A stretch of DNA of 63,259 nucleotides, the filler included, from Octopus bimaculoides (Eukaryota): NCBI RefSeq assembly GCF_001194135.2. It is 5 parts of 4 records of this genome, joined end to end, with 100 filler letters (N's around TTAATTAATTAA, not from the genome) between each part and the next. Parts side by side here need not be neighbours in the genome. Positions count along the whole stretch, not along the records: positions 39,623 to 58,091 come from NC_068981.1; positions 58,192 to 61,933 come from NC_068985.1; positions 62,034 to 63,259 come from NW_026412896.1; 2 more parts are not named here. One strand, 5' to 3'. Shown here one piece after another: positions 52,636 through 63,259 of the stretch. The translations under genes were made by a program, and so were the position numbers. Below the pieces are notes generated by a model. It saw only the letters and a program-made list of their open reading frames with translations, ran no database searches and was not told the DNA's origin. How positions within the stretch are numbered: position 1 is the stretch's first letter; every line of letters begins with the position of its first letter.

Positions 52636-53894
52636 ATAATATGTATACTCACACACACATATATATATATATATACACACACATATATGTATGTGTGTAT
52701 GTGTGTACGGACGGTGTCTCTGTCAACCTGGAGCGGAAGATATCCGGCTGGTCACGACAGATAATAACAATTTACTCTGCTCCTAAGTAAGAGTAGTGTG
52801 GTTAATAGGCAATTGTGAGAGTTGGGTATTTCACTTGGATTTGAATAGTGTGTAAACTTTGAGTATTTCCAGAAATCTTTTCAGAAATAATGAACCTTTA
52901 TGGCTGCTAAAAGATAAAATCATCCGTACTTTTTTAATGGCTGCTTTAAACTTCGGTGCTTTTCATCTAAATACAATGTACATCTTCGTTGAAAATTAAT
53001 CTGTATTGATATGATCTTTTCACGATATTCCAAATCGTGGAATCATTTTCATATCAACTTTCATTTTAATTTCCTGCCTATTTAATGCAAAGATTTAGAA
53101 TCAACATTATCTCTATAATTCTTTCCACCAGTCTGAATGTAAAACTAGATAAACAATCTAGCCACAGACAACAACATAAACATAAGCGCAAAATAATTAA
53201 ATAATTAACCAACTTGACTAAAAAAGACCGTGTGCACCGCCTCGCTAGGCGTTCATAGTACATTTTGTTTCAGGGTCAAAAAGCCAATCTCCTAACCAAG
53301 TCTAATCTGACATTAACTACATCTCCAAAAATGAATTGGGTTTAGTTAGCAAGCGTATAATCGACTTTGTTTGTAGTATGATTATAAAGGCTACGACATC
53401 ATGAAAACGGTAATGCAGTGTTTGTGCTATTTAATGATTCAGTAGTGTAGAAACCCAAGCGCAGGATATGCAATTAATGCAGTATAAGGATATGTACGCA
53501 TAAATATCTTAATCTCTCCTTCTCACTGTTCTGGAATCCAGAAAATTATTTAACATTTGTAGTGACCTTTACTCCAATATTGACACCAATATTAAAATGA
53601 ATACTATTAATTTGGCTTCATATTAGGATGTCTTCTATTTATTCATAAAGGAGAATGAAATACTTTTCAACACTTACATCACAAGCTAAAATGGTGCGGA
53701 TTACGGAAGCTAAAGTAGTGCGCAACAGTGCACTTCTCTCGCCTAGCGAAACACGCCTGTATACAGCTGCACTGTATAAAGACGGTTGTTGAGCACTTTC
53801 CTACAATGTTCACAGTTATACTATAGAGAGATTCAGAAGCAACCTAACAAGGATATTTAAAAGTATCAGCAAATACACACGCGCACGCACACAC

Positions 53895-53996
<102 letters not shown>

Positions 53997-55239
53997 GAAA
54001 ACATATTAGATCAAAGCCAGAAGGGAACCAGTTCCTTACAGTCAGCCAAACATGAGCATTAATATGATATCTCGTCACTGCCAGCCTCAGTTAAGAATTT
54101 CATCGATAGAGTTAGAAGGATATTCAGCTACCCTGTACCAGGATCTTTAAGAGACTGGTGATGGTCAAATTTTTGTATCAGGATCTTAGATCAAATGTTT
54201 TGTTGTAAAGTAAAGAGGGTTTAGAAAATGGGGTTGGGCTTTTTATATTAAAAGGAGCAGTTTAATTGTACTGTTTAACTTTAACTTGGGTGTCGCTTGC
54301 TGGAAAAGGGACAGATTATCTGGGTGGTAGACAAGTACTCTACTTACGATTAAGCTTCGTGCTTGTAGGACTAATACTCATTTTAACTGGTAGGCAGTAT
54401 AATTGTTTCTTTACATATCTCTTTTAAACCTGCCATTAAGTATTAAGAGTAATAAGCATTTTTGACCGAGCCTTAATAATTTTAATTCTGTGGTTGAAAG
54501 ACTTCCAGTCAGTATGTGAATATGAGTTAAATAGCAATTGTAATGTTTTTAGTCGATACAGTGCAACTACAGTAGTTGTTAGTGTGATTGTGGTAATAAA
54601 GGTCAGCGCTTAACTTCAAATCATAAGAACTTGTTTTTGTGATATTCCTTACTCTGGGTGATTTTTATTATTGTGGCATTCATTAAACATATTTTATAGG
54701 TGCTTCGGCGAAGTGTCGAGAAGAAATCAATTCTAAACGTTTGTGTCTGGACCCTTAATGTTCTCCTGGAGCAATAAATTAATGGGGTGCAAGAATATCT
54801 CGTTTCAGAAATCGTGTTTTCGTTAGAAAATTTACGTAAAAGAACTAGTTTCCTTGTCTATTTTCATATTACTTCTGTTTGCACGCCTGTAATTACATGC
54901 CCAATTTTAACTGTTTCATTTGTTTTTTATTTTTCATACTGCGTTAACGATAGTGTTTTCTATTTTACTTCAGTCCAAAATCTGTTTATTAACCTGGTAA
55001 CACTTTCTAATTCATTCTACAAGTTAAAAACAAAGCAACTATTTCTTGTATTATTTATGTAATGATGAAAACTTTAATAATTGTCTAACAAAATTTCCCG
55101 TATTTTCCGTATATTGTTGTACACTTAACTTCCTGATCTGCTACACCTTAACTAAACTACCCTGAGCGTTTTCGATTCTATTCTATATTGTCTAAGCCTT
55201 TCGCTAGTAGATGTTTTTGTCAAAACACTGACATTCTTT

Positions 55240-55432
55240 AAGGTGGCGAGGTGGCAGAATCGTTGGCACGCCGGGCGTAATGCTTAGCGGCATTTCGTTA
55301 TCCATCGCTTGAACTTGAGTTCAAATTCCGCCGAGATCGACTTTACATATGATCCTTTCGGGGTCGATAAAATAAGTACCAGTGGAGCACTGGGATCGAT
55401 GTAATCAATTTAGTCCCTACCCCGCAATTGCT
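55240..55432 (+). mobile_element. SINE family A copy
   Basis: GGTGGCGAGGTGGCAGAATCGTT..GAGTTCAAATTCCGCCGAG..GGGGTCGATAAAATAAGTACCAG. Confidence 0.85.
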
Positions 55433-55743
55433 AACCATATGCGGAAATTTTAAATGAGGTTACTGAGATTCTGAAACTAGTAATCTTTTTATAGAACTTA
55501 AGCTGCGACACTGCCATAAATGCATAAACATGTAAGTAAAACACAGAGACATAACTACCTAGCATTCCTTTGGTTATGATCACGTGGGATCCAGTTGATC
55601 TGATCAACGGAAGGGCCTGCTCGTAAAATGAACGTGTAAGTGACTGAGCATAGGAAAAACGCACCGCCACGAAACGAACACACGATTGTGAGTCGAATAT
55701 GCTAACTATGAGCCTTCAAACACATACACACCCATTTAGACAA

Positions 55744-55810
<67 letters not shown>

Positions 55811-55886
55811 CATATGTTCAAATACATGCGTGTGTGTGTATGTGTGACTGTACAGACACGCATGCACAAACACACATGTACATATG

Positions 55887-55928
<42 letters not shown>

Positions 55929-55938
55929 NNNNNNNNNN

Positions 55939-55976
<38 letters not shown>

Positions 55977-57857
55977 GTCTGTATAAGTATATGTATGTAT
56001 ATGTTCGTGTGTGTGCTTGTGCTCGCGCACGTGTGTTCAGATAGTATTTGTTTGTGAATGTGTTTACCTAGTATAGTCATATTTTCTCTCTTATACTGAA
56101 TATTTTGATTAAATTTATGCTATGTAGTTTTTAGATACATTCAAGGGCATTTATTACTGTTTCGACAGCTAAATATGAAGGATGTAGTACATGATTGGCA
56201 AGTTTGAAATACTTCATACTGTTCAATGAAATTGGGAAAATGTAAGAAATCTAAAATCTAAAATAATCCAATAATAGTTTTATGACCGGAACTGAAGCAA
56301 TTATATACTCTAGTTCTGAATAAAGTAGAGTGTTTGAATTTGGAAGTGAGATGTAAATGTTTCTTCAAAGATAAAAACGGCGATAAGTTCAAAGCAACAA
56401 CAAAAACAGATGCAATATAATCTATCTGTAGAGAGACAATATTTCATGTCAAAATAAATAAACCAATAATGAAGAAATGATAAAAATAATTTATATATGT
56501 ATACATTTGAAACGTTTTTATTGCAAAAACGGAGATTAGAGTGACATTTGAAACCAAAGAATATTTAAATAAATTCTGTCAAATTCGGTAAACTTTATAA
56601 TTATATTTTCCTTTCAATTTAGAATTGAATTTATTTCATCGATATTGATAAACAAAATTTGTTGATGTAATATGTTGTCTACATAAGGTTAATGTAAAAA
56701 TGTATCTGTATCTCCATCTTTGGAAATTAATATATCTGCACGACATGTTTACAAATGGTAATATAAACTATATTATGGTTTAACTTAATATTCTTTTTTC
56801 TTACAGCAAAAAATATCTATTGACTTCAGTGAGTTTAACAAATTTCTCGATGCTTGAGGAAAGGCATTCAGTTATTCAATTTACAAATGTTAATGATTAA
56901 AAGCATGAGAAGAGACGAACGTGACAAATACATAAGGTTTCCTTCTTCACTTGAAAATACAATCGCTTCTACTCTTTCACTGAGATGCAACTAACAAACA
57001 GCAACAATCTGGACCCAGCTAAATGAAGTGGTAAAGTCACTATTAATCAGTTCAGGTATATTAAATCTCATGGAACAAAGTTCGCACTTCGCTTTCTCTA
57101 GTTGCAAGTAGTTAGGAAGAAAAATATCTCTATTGGGTACTAGTCAACTTCTTTCAGTCATTCTATTTTCTCTCCTCATAAAGAAACAGGAATAATAGGA
57201 AATGCCTACACTTGTATATATATTGACAAATTATTGGATAATTGTTCTAACACCTCAATCAGTCAGCTATTTGATTATTGTAGAAAATTTACCATTGCAG
57301 CAGAGTTATATAAAAATGATCAGCAGCTGAAATTCTAACAGATAATTGTCCCTATCACTTTCTGCAAACAAATCCTAAATTTCCTTTTTTATATATTCAT
57401 ACAGTGGATTAAAACCTAAAATTCTTTGTCAATCATGGCGTACATCTCTTTATTTCATGAATATGAGGTTCTGTTTCCAACGGCCCTGCAGATTACACAG
57501 CTGCTTAGTTACCCTTCAAAATGATATACATACCAAGTAGAATAACTATGCTAAATGTTCATGGTTTTAATAGTATTTAATAGTATTAAATTGTAAAGAA
57601 AGTTTCAAGCAAAGCTAATTTACATTTAGAACTTTATAATCGGAGATTAAATAAATTCCATTCTTCCTTTCCATTTATCAGCTACGTTCATTTACAGTGA
57701 GTAAGACTGAATAGCACCGGTGTGAATCATCCTCATTGAATGATTAAATATAATGTACTATTTGTATAAAGAACCATTACCTCTGTTTCTTTATATAAAT
57801 ACACACAAAGACATGTGGATGTATATATGTTTGCCTATATATATATATATATATATA

Positions 57858-58091
57858 TCATCATCATCGTTTAACGTCCGCTTTCCATGCTAGCATGGGT
57901 TGGACGATTTGACTGAGGACTGGTGAAACCGGATGGCAACACCAGGCTCCAGTCTGATTTGGCAGAGTTTCTACAGCTGGATGCCCTTCCTAACGCCAAC
58001 CACTCAGAGAGTGTAGTGGGTGCTTTTACGTGTCACCCGCACGAAAACGGCCACGCTCGAAATGGTGTCTTTTATGTGCCACCCGCACAAG
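57858..58091 (-). mobile_element. RTE-family 3' UTR terminus with (TGA)n tail
   Basis: Homologous to 60942-61140, which is contiguous with RTE coding sequence. Confidence 0.85.
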
Positions 58092-58191
58092 NNNNNNNNN
58101 NNNNNNNNNNNNNNNNNNNNNNNNNNNNNNNNNNNTTAATTAATTAANNNNNNNNNNNNNNNNNNNNNNNNNNNNNNNNNNNNNNNNNNNN

Positions 58192-59019
58192 ACGAGCAGA
58201 TTTCCTTTCTGCCATTGCATTATTTCACCTCTTTCTTTTAACTTTGCTTTTTTTATATCCAACGGCAGCCCTTTCCTACTAGCAAATACTGTAGCACATG
58301 TATACGTTGTCACAGCTTCTAAATCCACTGCAAGTTTGATTGAACTAAAAAAATAGGTCAAAAAATATACGGCCCTGGTTATAGTATGCAATTGATAAAT
58401 TCCAGACCACATCGTACCCAAGGCTATGCTGACTAACATTATTGTCTTTTCCCTGTATAAAAACTAAATCCACACCACTGCCCACAAACTTTGATCCCCC
58501 ATTTCATGGGCTTTCCTAGCATATACTGTTTTACATTCTGTGTAACAGCTTGTTTCAACAGGGATCGCTTTAAAGAAGCATAGTGGAAAAATAAGAAAAT
58601 AAAGTCTAACGGTTTTGCTTCCTGAGAAAGATTATGGGTAGACTCCGTCTCCCCAGAAAAATTGTTAATAGAAACATTTAAAACTTCTTACTACATTCCT
58701 ATGTAAAGTTGTCTTTGCTATCGCTGCTTTCGGTTTCAGATACAGAGATGTCCAATTCATTCTCATACACCACATGCGTTTGTACCTCATGCTTTTTCTT
58801 GATATTAGTATGAAACTCCTATCCATCCATTTTCAGAGTTGAAAAAAATCAGCACTGAAAAAATGTGGGGGGAAAAAAGTGAGATTGTGTTTTCACTAAT
58901 GTACTAACAAGATTTTTGTTCAAATTCACATTTAAATAACAATGGGTGCTCTCAACTGGCTGTAGCCGGGTTGGTCTTATGAACCAAAAAGTTTTTCGGC
59001 TGGGTTGGTATCAAAAGGG
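58192..59019 (-). mobile_element. Internally deleted piggyBac transposon: 5' terminus plus transposase fragments (3' part lost at linker)
   Basis: TTAA (59020-23)|CCCTTTTG; minus KQYMLGKPMKWGIKV, LGYDVVWNL, YFFSSIKLAVDL..TYTCATVFASRKGLPLDIKKAKLKERGEIMQWQKGNLL. Confidence 0.85.
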
Positions 59020-59097
59020 TTAATATTTTACCCAAACATACATTGTTACCTTGGTAAGTTGGATAAATCTTGAATAAATTGTAAGTAGTTGTTAATT

Positions 59098-60134
59098 GAG
59101 TCTTGTCACTATTATTCATATTCTTTGTCCTTTTCCATGTGATGGCATTTAGTAGAATGTTTATCATAACTACCTGGACTACATCAAATGTGTTCTGTCT
59201 TCAGCTGCAAGGTCACTCATCAATCTTGTAACGGTCCTTAATGGACACATCATAACAGTAATGTTTTGATCTGTTCATTAGCGTACATCTAACTGAAATA
59301 CATTTTTTTGTTTTTTATCCCAATGGGATCACTTTAGCAAATTTCCTTGAATTAATTAGTCCTCAATATTCTTCTTATATATCACCCATATTTTGTGGGT
59401 TTGCTTGGCACATAGTCCCAAAACTGTATTTCANNNNNNNNNNGTGGGTTTGCTTGGCACATAGTCCCAAAACTGTATTTCACCATTTTATCTCCTTGTT
59501 CCTAAGGCATTGGGCAGTCTGCTGGTCATATTGGAAGCATAAAGGGTTCATTTTGTTGGCTCAATCACTGAAATGAGAACTTGCACATGTTTATGTATAT
59601 ATGTGTGTACATTTGTAGCCACCCTCTTTACAGTAATACCAATCTAGACAGTTGTATATTTGGTATTTATGTTTAGTACAAAAGAAATGTAAGACTATTT
59701 GTATTGATTATTGTCATTCTCAACATTTGTATTGTTAGCTTTGTGATAACTGAATCTTAAGAGATATTTGTTTCTGTCCAAATTGTACTCAGGACTTTAA
59801 TAACTAGAATGCTCACCATATGCAGTTCAGTGATATCAAACTTGTTGGATAAGTGACGGAGGTAAAAGACGGGGATTGCACTCCCTTTTGTTTTTTTTTT
59901 TGTTTTTCTCCCATTACAGAAACCCACTTTTTCGACGGAAGATTCCAGAACAGGTTTTCAAAGAGTCTTGTCACTATTATTCATATTCTTTGTCCTTTTC
60001 CATGTGATGGCATTTAGTAGAATGTTTATCATAACTACCTGGACTACATCAAATGTGTTTTGTCTTCAGCTGCAAGGTCACTCATCAATCTTGTAACGGT
60101 CCTCAATGAACACATCATATCAGTAATGTTTTGA
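59098..60134. repeat. 172-bp dispersed direct duplication (59098-59269, 59963-60134)
   Basis: Copies align ungapped with about 4-5 substitutions. Confidence 0.9.
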
Positions 60135-60941
60135 CCAATTCTATATCGTTTTACTATTTTTCTAATTAAAATACTTGTTTCAACCAATTTCAAGACTCCA
60201 GACTAGTTCTGTGAAACAGCTTCAATTTTTTTATGGGTAAAATAGCACAAACGGAATGAGAGAAATAGATACAGTTTAAAAGCGTGAGTAGGCAAAAGTT
60301 TGAAAGGTGGGGCCAACAGGTAAAACCAAAAAATTATTTGCCTTTATGTCCAGTCATGTGTAACTGTCTCATGAATCTAACTAAATTTTCAATTAAACTT
60401 GTATAAAAATGAAAAAGTAGCTAAGTTTTGAAGTATAAAATTAGATAAAGTATGCAGAAACAAACCACTTCTGCTTGGAGGGTAGTCAAGAATTTCTTCA
60501 GCTGAATGCATATTTGAAAGTAGCTTTGCTTAAATGTTTATATGCCATTACTCATATTTACTACATAAAAAGCTGATGTCTGTATTACATGTCCTAACCA
60601 TCTTCATAGCTCATGAGTGGTCTGTCTTTGTGTTATCAATTTATTTTCTACATGATTTCTGCAGTTATGTAAAATATTTCATTAGTAAATACTAGGTCAG
60701 TTTTCAGTTGTTAGGTGGATTGCACTGGGTGAAGATCTTTTAAGATTTTCACATTCTGTTGCTTGCAGTTATGATTGTTGCATTTTCCCTCTCTGATTAA
60801 GCTGCGCTACTGATTAAAAAAATAAAGTTATGACTTCAGTTTTTATTTACTTGTTACATCAAGGTATACAGATGTGAGTGTGTATATATATATATAAAAG
60901 ATATATATCTATATAAATGATGATATATATATATATATATG

Positions 60942-61933
60942 TCATTGTCATCATTTAACGTCTGCTTTCTGTGCTGCCATGCGTTGGACAGTTTGACTGG
61001 GGCTGTACCAGGCTCCAATCTGATCTAGCAGAGTTTCTACAGCAGCATGCCTTCCTAATGCAAAATACTCCAGGAGTGTAGTAGGTGCTTTTTACGTGCC
61101 ACTGGCACAGGAAACGACCACACTCAAATGGTGTTTTAACGTGCCAATCAGGCAGTACTGTCATTGTCCATGACAATGATTACACCTGCCTCAACAGGTC
61201 TTCACAAGCACTGTTTATTGCCCAATGATTGAAGGGTACTCTTAAATGGGCTGGTTATGCTGCACTGGCATAGGCCACGGTTATGGTCTCAGTTGGCTTG
61301 CCAGGTATTCTCAAGCACAGCATATGAACAAAGGTCTCGATCACTTGTCATTGCCTCAGTGAAACCCAATGTTTAGAGGTTGTACTTCACCACCTCATCA
61401 TAGGTCTTCCTAGGTTTACCTCTTCCACAGGATCCCTCTACTGCTAGCATGTGACACTTTCACACAGCTGTTCTCGTCTATTCGTAACACATAACCATAC
61501 CAGCACAGTTTCTTACACATCCAGCGGGGCATATTGGCTTCATTCCTTGCAAGCTCATGCAATATCCTCAGCAGTCATGGCCCATGTTTCACTGCCATGT
61601 AGCATGGATGTTTGTGCACATGCATCATATAGTGAACCTTTTACTCTGAGAGAGAGAGGCCCTTTGTCACCAGCAGAGGTGAGAGCTCTCTGAACTTCGC
61701 CCAGGCTATTCTTATTCTAGCAGCTACACTTTTGGAGCATCCACCCCCACTCCTGACTTGGTTATCTAGGTAACAGAAGCTATCTACTTACAGTTTTTCC
61801 CCCAGGAATATGACGGAAGCTGTTTTCTGCACATTTTCAGTGTTTATTTCTCCGGAGCATTTGCTACACACAAACTATCTTCCAGTTAGCCTTCCTTTGA
61901 TATTGCTGGACCACTTATGTGTCCATAGCTTAC
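60942..61933 (-). mobile_element. RTE-clade LINE 3' portion (RT end, C-terminus, full 3' UTR), decayed
   Basis: VDSFCYLDNQVRSGGGCSKSVAARIRIAWAKFRELSPLLVTKGLS../LHGSETWAMTAED, LCWYGYVLRIDENSC; tail TGATGACAATGA. Confidence 0.92.
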
Positions 61934-62033
61934 NNNNNNNNNNNNNNNNNNNNNNNNNNNNNNNNNNNNNNNNNNNNTTAATTAATTAANNNNNNNNNNN
62001 NNNNNNNNNNNNNNNNNNNNNNNNNNNNNNNNN

Positions 62034-62094
62034 TATATATATATATACATATTTATTCATACATACATATATATATATATATACATACATATTC

Positions 62095-62125
<31 letters not shown>

Positions 62126-62225
62126 CATACATATTTATTCATACATACATATATATATATATATATATACATACATATTTATTCATACATACATATATAT
62201 ATATATATATACATACATATTTATT

Positions 62226-62275
<50 letters not shown>

Positions 62276-62375
62276 NNNNNNNNNNNNNNNNNNNNNNNNN
62301 NNNNNNNNNNNNNNNNNNNNNNNNNNNNNNNNNCATACATACATATATATATATATATATACATACATATTTATT

Positions 62376-62416
<41 letters not shown>
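62034..62416. repeat. Minisatellite, ~38-40-bp unit CATACATATTTATTCATACATAC(AT)n
   Basis: At least 6 copies differing mainly in (AT)n length. Confidence 0.9.
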
Positions 62417-62420
<4 letters not shown>

Positions 62421-62493
62421 CTATACACACACACACACACACACATGTATATACATACTACACACACCCACATGAATATATATGTGTGAGTGT

Positions 62494-62524
<31 letters not shown>

Positions 62525-62975
62525 GAAAAGGCAAAGAGAAGAAAGAGGGAGTGATAGGGAGAGAGAAAGAAAGAAAGAAAGCAACGTGTATGTGTATGAG
62601 TCTGCCTGTGGATGAGCATTTAGATATGTGTGTAAACTGTGGAAGGCATTAACCACTTAGAATACAAGTTGCATAACTGATACTATGTCAAACTGTCAGG
62701 AATTAATGTCTATCAAACAGCAAAAGTGTGTGTAAATGCATGTATATGAATACGTGTGTATATGTATGAGAGAGAATGTATGTGCATGTGTGTGAAGAGA
62801 TATGTGTGTGTTTGTGAGTGTATGTGTGTGTAATATGTTGTTGTGAATGCATGCACGTGTGTGTGTGTATTTGTGTGTATGGGTGTAATTTGGTTGGAAT
62901 TATTGTGGAATTTGAAAAAAAAAAGTTCTTCTGAATCTTCTTAAATACAACCGAAGTTATAAATAGTGGCTCATA

Positions 62976-63187
62976 ATATATCGGGTAAAATATTCCTTAG
63001 ATAGAAAAAGTGGACAGAATCACCTAAGGGAAATGAACAATGTGTCTATAGATTACTAGATGGATGTGATCAGATTCTGCTTGGTGTAACACATCACAGC
63101 CAGCAGTAATCTGCAGACTAGTGGTTCAATTGCCATTGTGATTCTGTCCAGTTTGTTCTGGCTAAGGGATATTTCTACTTGATATGT
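62976..63187. repeat. Imperfect foldback element (~95-bp arms, 22-nt loop)
   Basis: TATTCCTTAG..TGGACAGAATCAC..GTCTATAGATTACT..TGTGAT pairs with ATCACA..AGTAATCTGCAGAC..GTGATTCTGTCCA..CTAAGGGATA. Confidence 0.85.
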
Positions 63188-63207
63188 TATATAATATTAT
63201 TTATATA

Positions 63208-63259
63208 TCTATATATATATATAAAAATGAGAATGTGTCTGTCTGTCTGTCTGTCTGTC
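63208..63259 (+). mobile_element. Probable 5' end of another Helitron (continues beyond the window)
   Basis: A|TCTATATATATATAAAAATGAGAATGTG followed by (TCTG)n, same layout as the 5' end at 20838. Confidence 0.55.

Noticed and set aside
59395-59482. 39-bp direct repeat around a 10-N gap
   Set aside because: Unmerged contig overlap

Overview
Eukaryotic, AT-rich, repeat-dominated and heavily gapped DNA. The SINE families resemble octopus (cephalopod) SINEs as I recall them; this is inference, not a database result. I find no intact protein-coding gene: nearly all ORF-track entries are microsatellite, N-run or transposon artefacts. The window holds >25 copies or fragments of at least three tRNA-derived SINE families; decayed RTE, RTE-X-like and HERO-like non-LTR retrotransposons; Penelope-like element (PLE) relics; a full-length dead Tc1 (DD34E); piggyBac relics; a hAT MITE; non-autonomous Helitrons; foldback elements; and long compound trinucleotide arrays. 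The best hidden signal is a complete minimal type I hammerhead ribozyme motif (minus strand, 24542-24602). It sits in an ORF-less, (TA)n-flanked module beside a second, decayed hammerhead and a PLE RT/GIY-YIG relic. Four N44-TTAATTAATTAA-N44 linkers are artificial joins, so linkage across them is unproven.
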